Notes: generated from the letters alone by a model not told the origin. A stretch of 64,000 nucleotides of DNA from Anaeromyxobacter sp. (GCA_049840735.1 JASGJN010000020.1:736001-800000), one strand, 5' to 3'; numbered from the stretch's first letter, positions 10,949-21,294 are shown. Translations and numbers: made by a program.

Positions 10949-10965
10949 ACGAGGAGCAGACCGAC

Positions 10966-11388
10966 ATGGACACGACCCTGCAGAAGCCGGCCCTCGCCGC
11001 CGCGCGGACCACCACCATCGCCTACTGGCTCGTCACCGGCCTGTTCAGCCTCCAGCTGGTCTTCACCGCCTACGCGCAGCTCACGCTGCCGCAGGTGGCC
11101 GAAGCCTTCACGCACCTGGGCTTCCCCGCGTACTTCCGGATCGAGCTCTCGTGGGCCAAGCTCCTGGGCGTGGCGGTGCTGCTGGCGCCGCTCCCGGCGC
11201 GGCTCAAGGAGTGGGCCTACGCCGGCTTCGCCATCGACCTCGGCTCGGCGGTCATCGCCCACCTGGCGGTGGGCGACGGCCCCGAAGCCTGGGGCTGGGC
11301 CGTCGGGACCGGGGTGCTGTGGGCGCTCTCGTATCTCCTCTGGCGCCTGCGCCCGCAGCCTCGAGGTCGGGAGCCCGCGACTGCGTGA
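10966..11388 (+). CDS. DoxX family membrane protein
   Basis: YWLVTGL, HLGFPAYF, LKEWAYAGF signature; four hydrophobic segments; GAGGAG RBS. Confidence 0.9.
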   Translation: MDTTLQKPALAAARTTTIAYWLVTGLFSLQLVFTAYAQLTLPQVAEAFTHLGFPAYFRIELSWAKLLGVAVLLAPLPARLKEWAYAGFAIDLGSAVIAHLAVGDGPEAWGWAVGTGVLWALSYLLWRLRPQPRGREPATA

Positions 11389-11433
11389 CCCTTGCCTGGG
11401 GCCCCGACCCCGGGCCTCGGGTAGGATGGTCCC

Positions 11434-12486
11434 GTGCCCCGGGCTGCTCCAGCCTCGCCCTCGCGCGGCGCCGCGCTCGGCCTCGCCGCCGCGGCGCTCT
11501 TCGGCGCGAGCACGCCGCTCGCGAAGCTGCTGGCTCCCGGCGCCAGCGCGATCATGCTGGCGGGCCTGCTGTACGTCGGCGCCGGGCTCGGGCTCGTGGG
11601 CTACGGCCTGATCCGGCGCCACCCGGGCGAGGCGCCGCTCCGGCGCGCCGATCTCCCTGCGCTCGCGGCCATGATCCTCGCCGGCGGCGTGATCGGGCCG
11701 GTGCTCCTGGTCCTCGGCCTCTCCCGCCTCTCCGGCGTGGCGGCGTCCCTCCTGCTCAACCTCGAGGCGCCCCTCACCATGGCGCTCGCCGCCCTCGCCC
11801 TGCGCGAGCGCCTCTCCGGCCGCGAGGCGACGGGGGCCGCAGCGGTGGTGGCCGGGGCGGCCCTCCTGGGCTGGTCGCCGGGGCGCGTCGAGGCCGACCC
11901 CCTCGGCGTCCTTCTGGTCGCGTGCGCCTGCGCAGCCTGGGCCGCCGACAACACGCTCAGCCAGCGGCTCTCCATCCGCGACCCCGTCGCCGTCGCGCGC
12001 GCGAAGGTGCTGCCGGCCGGCCTGTTCAACGTCCTGCTCGCGCTCCTCACCGGCGCGCAGCTCCCGTCCGCCGGGCACGCCGCGGCGGCGCTGGCCACCG
12101 GCGCGCTGGGCTACGGGGCCAGCATGGTCCTCTTCCTGCTGGCGGTGCGCGCGATGGGTGCGGCGCGGCAGGCGGCGTACTTCGCGACCGCGCCCTTCCT
12201 CGGCGCCGCGCTGGCGGTGCCGCTCCTGGGAGAGCGCCTGCTGCCGCTCCAGCTCGGCGCCGGGGCCCTGATGGCGCTCGGCGTCGCGCTCATCACCGGC
12301 GCCCACCACGGCCACACCCACGTCCACGAGCCGGTCGAGCACGAGCACGCCCACGTCCACGACGAGCACCACGCCCACGGGCACGACGACCCGATGACGG
12401 AGCCTCACAGCCACGCGCACCGGCACGAGCCGCTCGCGCACGACCACCCGCACCTGCCGGACCTGCATCACCGGCACGGGCACTGA
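11434..12486 (+). CDS. DMT/EamA family transporter with His-rich C-terminal tail
   Basis: About 10 TM segments, ALFGASTPLAK and LLLNLE motifs; tail HHGHTHVHEPVEHEHAHVHDEHH...HHRHGH. Confidence 0.9.
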   Translation: MPRAAPASPSRGAALGLAAAALFGASTPLAKLLAPGASAIMLAGLLYVGAGLGLVGYGLIRRHPGEAPLRRADLPALAAMILAGGVIGPVLLVLGLSRLSGVAASLLLNLEAPLTMALAALALRERLSGREATGAAAVVAGAALLGWSPGRVEADPLGVLLVACACAAWAADNTLSQRLSIRDPVAVARAKVLPAGLFNVLLALLTGAQLPSAGHAAAALATGALGYGASMVLFLLAVRAMGAARQAAYFATAPFLGAALAVPLLGERLLPLQLGAGALMALGVALITGAHHGHTHVHEPVEHEHAHVHDEHHAHGHDDPMTEPHSHAHRHEPLAHDHPHLPDLHHRHGH

Positions 12487-12492
12487 GCGCGA

Positions 12493-13662
12493 TCACCCCG
12501 CCCGCGCCAGGTGGGGCAGGGCCTGCGCCACCATCGCGTCCGACGCGGTCAGGCTGATCCGGAAGTAGCCAGGCTGCTTCATGATCGCGCCCGGCATGAC
12601 GAAGACGCCATGGTCGGCCAGCGCGTTCCACTGCCGCTCGGGGTCGCCGCCCCAGCGCACCCACAGGTAGAAGGTGCCCTCCGGCGGGAGGACCTGGTGG
12701 CCGCCCCGTCCCAGCGCCTCGCTCAGCGCGTCGCGCCGCCGGGCCAGCGCGGCCACGTCGATGGACAGGCGCTCCAGCGCCGGCACGGCGTACTGCATGA
12801 CGGCGTTGGGGAAGCACCAGCCCAGCGCCATCTGGCTGGCGAACAGCGCGTCACGCAGCGGCTGGCGGTCGGCGGCGGGCATCAGCGGCGAGAGGGCCAG
12901 GTAGCCGAGCCGCTGCCCCGGCGCGAGCAGGACCTTCCCGTAGCTGTAGGCGATGAGGGTCCAGGGATAGACGGCCGCCGGGCTGGTGAAGGCCCGGCCG
13001 TCGAAGCGGATCCGCCGGTAGGGCTCGTCGGACAGGAGGAAGACGCGGTGGCCGATCCGGCGCGAGGCGCGCTCCAGCAGCTCCGCCAGCCCTCCCAGCT
13101 CCTCCCGCCCGTACATCCGGCCGGTCGGGTTGTGGGGCGTGTTGACGATCACCATCCGCGTCTTCGGGCCGATGGCCGCGTCGATGGCCTGCAGATCGAG
13201 GTCGAAGCGGGGCGGGCGCAGCGCGACCGGCCTCGGCACGGCGTCGGCCTGCAGGAGCATGGGCTCGTAGCAGAACCAGCCCGGCTCGCTGAAGACCACC
13301 TCGTCCCCGGCGTCGAGGATCAGGCGGAGCGCCACCGAGATGGCCCCGAAGGCGCCCGCGGTGAGGGCCAGGTCGGGCGGCTCGAAGGGCAGGTCCAGCT
13401 CCCGGCCGACCGCCTCGGCCAGGAAGGCCTGCGGCACCTCCTCGCTGGTCTTGTAGGCGAACCAGTTCTCGTCCTGGGGGACCGCCCCCTCCCGGATGGC
13501 CGTGACCAGCCCCGGGAGCGGCAGCTCGTGCGGATTGCCGAAGGTGAAGTCGGCGATGGTGGGATCGCCGCGACGCTCACCGTACCGCGAGCTGAAGTAG
13601 AAGCCCTTGACGGCGTCGAAGGCCCGGTCGGCCGCCGAGGCCCTGTGCGAGAGGATGCCCAC
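12493..13662 (-). CDS. PLP-dependent aminotransferase class I/II (aspartate aminotransferase-like)
   Basis: NTPHNPTG, SDEPY, SYGK (PLP lysine) ..PGQRLGY. Confidence 0.92.
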   Translation of the reverse strand: MGILSHRASAADRAFDAVKGFYFSSRYGERRGDPTIADFTFGNPHELPLPGLVTAIREGAVPQDENWFAYKTSEEVPQAFLAEAVGRELDLPFEPPDLALTAGAFGAISVALRLILDAGDEVVFSEPGWFCYEPMLLQADAVPRPVALRPPRFDLDLQAIDAAIGPKTRMVIVNTPHNPTGRMYGREELGGLAELLERASRRIGHRVFLLSDEPYRRIRFDGRAFTSPAAVYPWTLIAYSYGKVLLAPGQRLGYLALSPLMPAADRQPLRDALFASQMALGWCFPNAVMQYAVPALERLSIDVAALARRRDALSEALGRGGHQVLPPEGTFYLWVRWGGDPERQWNALADHGVFVMPGAIMKQPGYFRISLTASDAMVAQALPHLARAG

Positions 13663-13671
13663 GGGGTGCCC

Positions 13672-14721
13672 TCAGGCCTTCGGCGCCGCGCCCGCCACCG
13701 AGCGCGCGATGGCCTGCTCCTCCTCGGTCATGTCCGCCGGGACGTCGGCGAAGAGCGGGGTGCTGAGGTAGCGCTCGCCGGTGTCGGGCAGCATGGCCAG
13801 GATGTTGGCCCCCTGCTCCGCCTGGGCGGCCACCTTGAGCGCGCCGGCGAAGGTCCCGCCGGAGGTGATGCCCACGAAGATCCCCTCGCGCGTGGCCAGC
13901 TCCTTCGAGCAGCGGATCGCCTCTGGCCCAGGGACGGTGATCACGCGGTCCACCAGCTTCTGCTCGACCGCGTCGCCGGTCAGCTTGGGGATGAAGTCGG
14001 GCGTCCAGCCCTGCATCGGGTGCGGCTTGAAGCTGGGGTGCGGAGCGGACGGGGTGCCGTCCGGGTTGCGCGCCTGGGCCGTGCCGCTGCCCAGCAGCGG
14101 CGCGTCCTCCGGCTCGCAGACCACGATCTTCGTCTGCGGCCGCTCCTTGCGCAGCACCCGCGCCACGCCCTTGAGCGTCCCGCCGGTGCCGTACCCGGTC
14201 ACCCAGTAGTCGAGCCGCTCGCCCGAGAAGTCCGCCAGGATCTCCTGGGCCGTGGTGCGCGAGTGGTAGTCCGGGTTGGCCTCGTTCTCGAACTGGCGCG
14301 TCATGAACCAGCCGTTCGCGGCCGCCAGGGCCTCGGTCTTCCGGATCATCCCCACCGCGCGCTCCGCCGCCGGCGTCAGCACCACCTTCGCGCCCAGGAA
14401 CCGCATCAGCCGCCGCCGCTCGATGCTGAAGGACTCGGCCATGACCAGCACCAGCGGATAGCCCTTGGCCGCGCACACCATGGCCAGGCCGATGCCGGTG
14501 TTGCCGCTGGTGGCCTCGATGACCGTCTGCCCCGGCTTGAGCGCTCCCGAGCGCTCCGCCGCCTCGATGACCGCGATGGCCAGGCGGTCCTTGACCGAGC
14601 CGAGCGGGTTGAAGGCCTCGACCTTGACGAACAGGTTCACCCCCGGTGGAGCCAACCGGTTGATCCGGACCACCGGAGTGTTCCCGATCGTCTCCAGGAT
14701 GCTCGCGTGACGTCGACCCAT
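13672..14721 (-). CDS. cysK: Cysteine synthase (O-acetylserine sulfhydrylase)
   Basis: IGNTPVV, NPLGSVKDR (PLP lysine), EATSGNTGIGLA, GTGGT, PDTGERYLST. Confidence 0.93.
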   Translation of the reverse strand: MGRRHASILETIGNTPVVRINRLAPPGVNLFVKVEAFNPLGSVKDRLAIAVIEAAERSGALKPGQTVIEATSGNTGIGLAMVCAAKGYPLVLVMAESFSIERRRLMRFLGAKVVLTPAAERAVGMIRKTEALAAANGWFMTRQFENEANPDYHSRTTAQEILADFSGERLDYWVTGYGTGGTLKGVARVLRKERPQTKIVVCEPEDAPLLGSGTAQARNPDGTPSAPHPSFKPHPMQGWTPDFIPKLTGDAVEQKLVDRVITVPGPEAIRCSKELATREGIFVGITSGGTFAGALKVAAQAEQGANILAMLPDTGERYLSTPLFADVPADMTEEEQAIARSVAGAAPKA

Positions 14722-14985
14722 GGCGCACCTCCGCAGGCGGCGGGAAGGCGCCGCGGCTGCTTGTGTAATGGGTGCGCTCCAGGGGGCCACGCGTCATGCG
14801 CTGCCCCCTGGGGGCGCCCTGTCCAGGCGACGCCCCTTGCCGACCCTGCCGTCCCCTGCCCCGCCGCTTCCCCCCACGGGCAACGCGGCGCCGCGGAGCG
14901 GCGCTGTGACCAGGTCCGGGGCGCGCACCGAGCCGCCCCGTCGCGAGTTGACGCCGCATTCGGGGCCAGGCGAAGCTCTCCCCAC

Positions 14986-16563
14986 ATGTTCCGCGACCGC
15001 TTCCGCAAGGTGTCCCAGGCCCCCACCCGCCCGGCCGCGGGCCCGGCCTCCCCGCGCTTCGACGTGGCCGAGCTCTACCGCGGCCCGGCCACGACCGAGG
15101 GCGGCCCGGAGGCCGCGGCGGTGCCGCTCGACGAGAAGCTGCGCCAGGCCTACTTCTGGATCACCAACCACGCCATCATCAACCCGTTCTACGACGTCGA
15201 GTACAGCGAGGCGCCGCCCCAGCGGCTCACCTTCGGCGACCAGGGCGTCGCGGTCACCCTGCCCTCCGACCAGAGCTACTCGAGCTACGTCCTCCTGCCG
15301 CTGCTCAACCTGGCGGTGCGCCGGCGCTGCCTGCTGGTGGGCGGCCCCGGGCGCGGCAAGACCACCATCGCCGTGCTCATGGGCGTGCTCTCCGGCTACT
15401 CGCTGCGCGAGCTGAAGCGCGGCATCCAGCACGGCCAGCCGCAGATGACGGTCTCCGACCTGCTCGGGAACCCGCTCCCGGCGAGCCTGCTGGCCGCCCA
15501 GGAGATGGACCAGGTGAAGGTGGCCTGGCGGCGCTGGCTGGGCATGCGGATCAAGATCGTGGACGAGTACAACCGCATCCCCACCCGCACGCAGTCGGCC
15601 CTGCTCACGGTCATGGCCGACGACTACGCCGAGGTCTTCGACCAGATCTACGAGTGCCCCAGGGCGGCCTGGTACCTCACCGCCAACGACGACGCCGGGG
15701 GCGGCACCTACCAGGTGATCGAGGCGCTGCGCGACCGCATCGACGTGGTGGTGAAGGCGCTCCACTTCAACACCCGCTTCCTGGGCGAGCTGCTGGCCCG
15801 GGTGGAGGAGGACGTCCGCCCGGAGGAGGTGGTCCCGCCGCAGATCGTCTTCACGCCGGAGGAGCTGGATCGCGCGCAGCAGGAGATCCTGGCGGTCGAC
15901 TTCCCCGCGCCGCTCCGCCGCCGCCTCGAGTTCTTCGCCAGCCACTTCGAGTTCCTCGAGCCGGCGGCCCGCCAGGCGGAGTACCAGACCAAGGACACCT
16001 TCAAGCTCTCCGGCCTGGAGGCGGGGGCGCTCGCCTCCGACGCCGGCAAGGACCGCCAGGCGGACCTCGGCGCGCAGACCCGCAACGGCCTCTCGGTCCG
16101 AGCCCTCATGACCAGCCTGGTCTTCTGCAAGGCCATGGCCTACTTCCGCGGCGTCCGGACCGTGGCCTTCGAGGACGTCCGGCAGATGCTGCCCTTCGTG
16201 CTCCACGACAAGCTGGTGCAGGAGCCGGACGCGCCCTGGTTCGAGGGGCAGGGGCGCGCGGCCTACCGCAGCGATCGCGTGTCCTGGATCCGCGAGCTCT
16301 TCGACCTCTCCTGCAAGGAGTACGACCGGCTCGACCTCGACCGCGACGACCCGGTCTCGAAGCTCATGGCCGAGTTCGACGCCGGGCTGGACGGCCTGGA
16401 GGAGCGGACCGTGCGCCAGCGGCTGGCCGCCATCGAGCGGACGCTCAAGGGCTGGAGCACGGGGCGCAAGCTGTACGGCCACCTCTTCGACGACCTGCTC
16501 GCGCTCAAGTACCTGCACCAGCGCTACACCAACTACCTGAGGTGGCTGCGGTGGAAGGCCTGA
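14986..16563 (+). CDS. MoxR-like AAA+ ATPase
   Basis: Walker A GGPGRGKT, Walker B IVDEYNR, sensor I TAN, ALRDR arginine finger, LSVR sensor II. Confidence 0.88.
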   Translation: MFRDRFRKVSQAPTRPAAGPASPRFDVAELYRGPATTEGGPEAAAVPLDEKLRQAYFWITNHAIINPFYDVEYSEAPPQRLTFGDQGVAVTLPSDQSYSSYVLLPLLNLAVRRRCLLVGGPGRGKTTIAVLMGVLSGYSLRELKRGIQHGQPQMTVSDLLGNPLPASLLAAQEMDQVKVAWRRWLGMRIKIVDEYNRIPTRTQSALLTVMADDYAEVFDQIYECPRAAWYLTANDDAGGGTYQVIEALRDRIDVVVKALHFNTRFLGELLARVEEDVRPEEVVPPQIVFTPEELDRAQQEILAVDFPAPLRRRLEFFASHFEFLEPAARQAEYQTKDTFKLSGLEAGALASDAGKDRQADLGAQTRNGLSVRALMTSLVFCKAMAYFRGVRTVAFEDVRQMLPFVLHDKLVQEPDAPWFEGQGRAAYRSDRVSWIRELFDLSCKEYDRLDLDRDDPVSKLMAEFDAGLDGLEERTVRQRLAAIERTLKGWSTGRKLYGHLFDDLLALKYLHQRYTNYLRWLRWKA

Positions 16564-17588
16564 GGCCGCTGCCGCCGGAGGCCCCGCTGGCGCGGGCGCT
16601 GGCCGCCGGCCGCGAGCGCTTCAACGCGCGGGTGACCGCGGCGCGTCGCGGCGGCCTGCGGCTCGACCCGGCGGCGCTGCTGGCGCACCTCGAGGACGGC
16701 GTGGCGCCGGCCGTGGCGGCGGTGGCCGCCGAGGCCCCCGGGCGCGTGCAGGCCGTCACCGAGGCGCTCTTCGACCTGTCCCTCCCGCTGGTCGCGGCCG
16801 ACCTGCTGGGGCCCGCCGCGCGGGGGCCGCTCCTGCCGCAGGCCTGGCGCGAGCTCCTGCCGCGGCTGGCCCGCCCGCTGGCCGACGCGCCGGGCCGGGT
16901 CGCGGCCGCCGTGACCAACGCGCTGCTGCACCTGGGCGACGCGCCGGCGGCCCGGCCGGCGCAGTGGATGAGCGAGCTGGGCGCGCTGGCGCGGCGCTGC
17001 GAGGGGCCCGAGGCGCTGCTCCGGGCCGGCCAGGTGCTGGCCTGGCGCGCAGGGCTGGCGCACTACCGCGCCTCGGCCCTGGCGGTCTGGGAGACGCTCC
17101 CCGAGCCGCTGGCGCGCGCCACGCTGGGCCTGCCGCCGGACGCGCCCTTCGAGCGCGAGGCCCTCCGGGCCGGCCTCCGCGATCCCTGGGCCGTGCCCGG
17201 CGCGCCCGCGCCCGAGGCCGCGCCGCGGGTGGTGGCCACGGTGGGCGGGTTCCGCGGCCTGGGCGGCCCGTTCCTGGCGCCGCCGCGGCTGGTGGCGGCG
17301 GGCGGCAGCATCTGGGCCAGCGACGGCGAGGCGGTCCACACCGTCCACGCCGACGCGTTCGGCCACACCTTGGTGCGCGCAGCCGGGCTCCGCGCCGCCG
17401 ACCTGCCGGAGGCCGCGCCGGCGCCGGCCCTGCTGCGCGACGGGACCCTGGTCCACCGCGGGGGCCGGACCCGGCTGCCCGCGCTGGCCGAGCCGGCCGC
17501 GGCGGCCGCCGCCGGCGCGCTCCTGGCGGTGCTCCCGCAGCGCAGCCACCGGCTGCTGCTGGTGGCCTGCCCCGGAGGCTGGGCGTGA
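16551..17588 (+). CDS. Hypothetical protein of the MoxR operon
   Basis: GTG start overlapping the ATPase stop; GGFRGLGGPF..PP motif; stop overlaps the next start (GTGA). Confidence 0.7.
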   Translation: MEGLRPLPPEAPLARALAAGRERFNARVTAARRGGLRLDPAALLAHLEDGVAPAVAAVAAEAPGRVQAVTEALFDLSLPLVAADLLGPAARGPLLPQAWRELLPRLARPLADAPGRVAAAVTNALLHLGDAPAARPAQWMSELGALARRCEGPEALLRAGQVLAWRAGLAHYRASALAVWETLPEPLARATLGLPPDAPFEREALRAGLRDPWAVPGAPAPEAAPRVVATVGGFRGLGGPFLAPPRLVAAGGSIWASDGEAVHTVHADAFGHTLVRAAGLRAADLPEAAPAPALLRDGTLVHRGGRTRLPALAEPAAAAAAGALLAVLPQRSHRLLLVACPGGWA

Positions 17589-19330
17589 GCGCCGGGCCGA
17601 ACGCGCTCGCGGCGCTGCAGCGCGCCTGGGCCGGCGAGTGGGAGCCCGCGCTCGCGGCCTGGAGCCGCTTCACCAAGCTGTCCGGGCCCCGCTGGTGCCT
17701 CACCGGCGCCGACGAGGCGCGGGAGCGGCTGTCCGGCTCCTTCGCGCAGATCCGGCTCACCGATCACGCGGTGGTGATCGGCCTGCGCCCCGTGCGCGAG
17801 GCCGGGCTGGAGCGCTTCGCCCGGCAGATCCTGGCGCACGAGATCGGCCACCACGTCTTCGTCCCGGGCGACCTGGCCGACCAGGCGCGGCTGCTGGCCC
17901 GGCTCCGCCGCGCGCTCCCCACCCGCGAGCCCTTCGCCGGCTACGTGGCCAACCTCTACGCCGACCTGCTCGTGAACGACCGGCTGCAGCGCGCGGCCGG
18001 CCTGGACATGGCGGCGGTCTACCGGGCGCTGCGGCGGCCCGGCGCCGATCGGCTCTGGACGCTTTACCTGCGCATCTACGAGCGGCTCTGGGCGCTGCCC
18101 CGCGGCGAGCTGGTGGCGCCCATCGACGACCCGCGGCTCGAGCTCGACGCCGACCTGGGCGCCCGGGTGATCCGCACCTACGCCCGCGACTGGCTGCGCG
18201 GCGCGGGGCGCTTCGGGACCCTGCTCCTCCCCTACCTGCTCGAGGCCGACCCGGCCGCCGGGCAGGCCTGGCTGGACACCGCCGGCGCCGGAGCTGGCGC
18301 CGCCGTGCCCGACGGGCTCGCCCTCGACGAGGCCGAGGACGGGGAGCTGCTTCACCCGGCGGAGGATCCGGCCCTCTCCGGCGTGGACGAGGCGCCGCCG
18401 GCCGGGGCGCCGGAGGCGCCGCGGGGCCAGGGGGTCGAGCAGCTCGGCGGCCAGAAGCACCGGTACCGCGAGCCCTCCGACTACGTGGACCTGATGGCTT
18501 CGCTGGGCGTGAAGGCGACCGCGCGCGAGGTGGTCATGCGCTACTACCGCGAGCGCGCGGTGCCGCACCTGCTGCCCTTCCCGTCCCGGCTGGCCCGGCA
18601 GGTGGTCGATCCGCAGCCGGAGGGCTTCGACGCCTGGGAGCTCGGCTCGCCGGTTCCGCAGATCGACTGGGTCGGCACCCTGACGCGCAACCCGGTGGTG
18701 CTCCCCGGGCTGAACGTCCTGGAGCGGGCCATGGGGACCGCCGACGGCGGCGAGCCGCGGCGCCTCCCGCTCGATCTGTACGTCGGCATCGACTGCTCGG
18801 GCTCGATGGGCAACCCGGCCGTCCGCCTCTCCTACCCGGTGCTGGCCGGCGCCATCGTCGCGCTCTCCGCGCTCCGGGCCGGCGCGCAGGTGATGGCCTG
18901 CCTCTCCGGCGAGCCGGGCAGGCACGTGGAGACGCCGGGGTTCGTCCGCGACGAGCGCGAGGTGCTGACGCTCCTCACCGACTACCTCGGCACCGGCTAC
19001 GCGTTCGGGGTCGAGCGGCTGCGCCAAACCTTCCTCCGCGGCCCACCTCCGGCGCGCCCCACCCACCTCCTGGTGGTGAGCGACGGCGACCTCTTCCACA
19101 TGCTGGGGGAGGTGCGGGACGGCTGGCAGGTCGCGGCAGAGGCCGCCCGTGTCGCCGGCGGCGGCGCCACCGCCGTGCTGCAGCTCCAGCCCGAGCGCTG
19201 GCGCGACGACCTGGACCGGCTCGAGGCGGCCGGCTGGACGGTGCACCCGGTGGACTCGGAGGAGGAGCTGGTGGCCTTTGCTCGGGCGTTCGCCCGCGCT
19301 CGCTACGCCGGTCCGGAGGAGCGTGGATGA
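17585..19330 (+). CDS. HEXXH metallopeptidase-like domain fused to a VWA domain
   Basis: HEIGHH followed by NLYADLLVN; C-terminal MIDAS elements DCSGS ... T ... SDGD. Confidence 0.85.
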   Translation: MSAGPNALAALQRAWAGEWEPALAAWSRFTKLSGPRWCLTGADEARERLSGSFAQIRLTDHAVVIGLRPVREAGLERFARQILAHEIGHHVFVPGDLADQARLLARLRRALPTREPFAGYVANLYADLLVNDRLQRAAGLDMAAVYRALRRPGADRLWTLYLRIYERLWALPRGELVAPIDDPRLELDADLGARVIRTYARDWLRGAGRFGTLLLPYLLEADPAAGQAWLDTAGAGAGAAVPDGLALDEAEDGELLHPAEDPALSGVDEAPPAGAPEAPRGQGVEQLGGQKHRYREPSDYVDLMASLGVKATAREVVMRYYRERAVPHLLPFPSRLARQVVDPQPEGFDAWELGSPVPQIDWVGTLTRNPVVLPGLNVLERAMGTADGGEPRRLPLDLYVGIDCSGSMGNPAVRLSYPVLAGAIVALSALRAGAQVMACLSGEPGRHVETPGFVRDEREVLTLLTDYLGTGYAFGVERLRQTFLRGPPPARPTHLLVVSDGDLFHMLGEVRDGWQVAAEAARVAGGGATAVLQLQPERWRDDLDRLEAAGWTVHPVDSEEELVAFARAFARARYAGPEERG

Positions 19331-19914
19331 GCGCCCAGGTGGCGGTGGAGGCGCTGACGCGCCGGCTGGCGGAGTGCCCGGAGGACTTCCTGCGCGAGCC
19401 GCGCGCGCGCGGGCTGCCCGGGGGTGAGATCGACGTGGCCGCGGTGGTGGCCGACCTGGCCCGCGACCTGGGGCTGGAGCCCTGCCCGCCCCAGGCCACG
19501 GCGCGCTGGGCCGAGGCGCCGGCGGAGGCGCGCAACGTCCTGCGGCTCACGCTCATCGGGGCCTGGCTGGCGCACGCCCCGGAGCTGCGCGCCGCAGGGG
19601 CCCTGGGGCCGCTGGTGCTGGCCTGGCTGGCCGGGGCGCTGCCGCCGCTCGCGGCGCTGGTCGCGCCGGAGCAGTTCGTCGTGGACCAGGATCGGCGCGA
19701 GGAGCTGGCGCGGAGCCTGCTCGCGGCCATCGGGCTCCTGCCGGCCGGGGAGACCGCCGCCCAGGCCGCCGATCGCCTCCAGACCCTGTCCACCGTGGAG
19801 CGGGCCCGCCTCCTGCGCGAGACCCGCGCCCAGCAGGAGCGCGCCCGCCAGCTGCGCGAACAGCTCGCGAGCGAGCGCGCCCGCCAGGCCGCCGCGCGCT
19901 ACTCGTCGGAGTGA
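19327..19914 (+). CDS. Hypothetical helical protein of the MoxR operon
   Basis: ATGA and GTGA overlaps with both neighbours; LTRRLAECP and DRREELAR segments; C-terminal coiled coil. Confidence 0.75.
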   Translation: MSAQVAVEALTRRLAECPEDFLREPRARGLPGGEIDVAAVVADLARDLGLEPCPPQATARWAEAPAEARNVLRLTLIGAWLAHAPELRAAGALGPLVLAWLAGALPPLAALVAPEQFVVDQDRREELARSLLAAIGLLPAGETAAQAADRLQTLSTVERARLLRETRAQQERARQLREQLASERARQAAARYSSE

Positions 19915-21294
19915 CCGTGGACCTCGACCAGCTGCGCAGCCTCTTCCCGCTCGCCACCGCCGCCGGCCTCGAGACCCTGCGGCGCGTGCAGCAGCACCCT
20001 GCCGCGCCGGCCTGGAGCCACCTCATCGGCGACCACGTGGTGGCCCCGGACCTGGAGGCGCTCGAGGCCTACCGCGCCGCGCTGGCTGCCCCCGCTGCGC
20101 CCGCCTCGGACCGGCCTCCGCCCCAGCTCCTGGCCTGGCTGGAGCGGCAGCGCCCCCGGGTCCGCTGGTGGCGCGAGCGGCTCCCGGAGGGCTTCGACTG
20201 GGCCGGGCGCTGGCAGGAGGTCCCCACCCTCTGCCGCGACGACCTCGCCGCCCGGGTCGAGGAGCTGGTCCCGGAGGACGAGCCGCTGGAGCGGCTCATC
20301 GTGTACGAGACCAGCGGGACCACCGGCCACGCGCTGCGCGTGCCGCACCACCCGTGCGCCGTGGCGCTCACCCACGCGCTGGCGGAGCGCGCCCTGGGCT
20401 GGCATGGCGCCGCCGTGCCCCAGGGGCCGGAGGCGGTGGCCTGCATGAACCTGCGGGCACAGGCCCGCATGTGGAGCTACCCCAGCCTCTTCTCCGCCTG
20501 GCGCGAGGCCGGCTTCGCCCGCGTGAACCTGGCCCTGCACGCCTGGCGCGGGGGCGCCGAGGACGTCCGCCGCTTCCTGGGCGACCTGCGGCCCGGGTTC
20601 CTCACCGGGAGATCCGGTGTCGCTCGCGGAGCTGCTCACGCTCGAGGTGCCCGCCCGCCCCGCCGCGCTCCTCTCCACCGCCGTGGCCCTGGCGGCGCCG
20701 CTCCGCGACACGCTCGCCGCGCGCCATGGCTGCCCCGTGCTCGACTGGTACTCCACCACCGAGACCGGCCCCATCGCCTGCTCCCGCCCCGGCGCGCCGG
20801 GGCTGGCCCTGCTCGCGCCCGACCTGTTCGTCGAGCTGCTCGACGCGTCCGGCCGCGCCGTGGCCCCCGGGCAGCGGGGAGAGATCGTCGTGACCGGCGG
20901 CAGGAACCCGTACCTCCCGCTGCTGCGCTACCGCACCGGCGACCACGCCCGGCGGGTGGTCGCACCGGGCCCGGACGGCACCCCGGCGACCTACCTGGCC
21001 GAGCTGGAGGGGCGGGCCGCGGTGATCTTCCGGGCCGCGGACGGCAGCCCGGTGAACCCGGTGGACGTCGGCCGGGCGCTCCGGCAGCGCTTCGCCGTCC
21101 TCCAGCACCGCTTCGAGCAGCGGGCCGACGGCCGCTGCCTGGCCACGCTGCGCCCGGCGCCCGGCCTGCCGGTGGACGCGGCGCAGGTCGCGGCCGAGCT
21201 CGAGCAGCTCTTCGGGCCGGGGAGCGTGGTCGAGGTGCTGATCGACCCGACGCTCGGCGGCGACGGCAAGGTGGTGCCGTACCGGAGGAGTTGA
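19911..21294 (+). CDS. Phenylacetate-CoA ligase / CapK-like adenylate-forming enzyme (frameshift ~20610)
   Basis: ETSGTTG P-loop, YSTTETG, LLRYRTGD, EGR; the halves join as LTG/DPVSLAELL. Confidence 0.82.
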
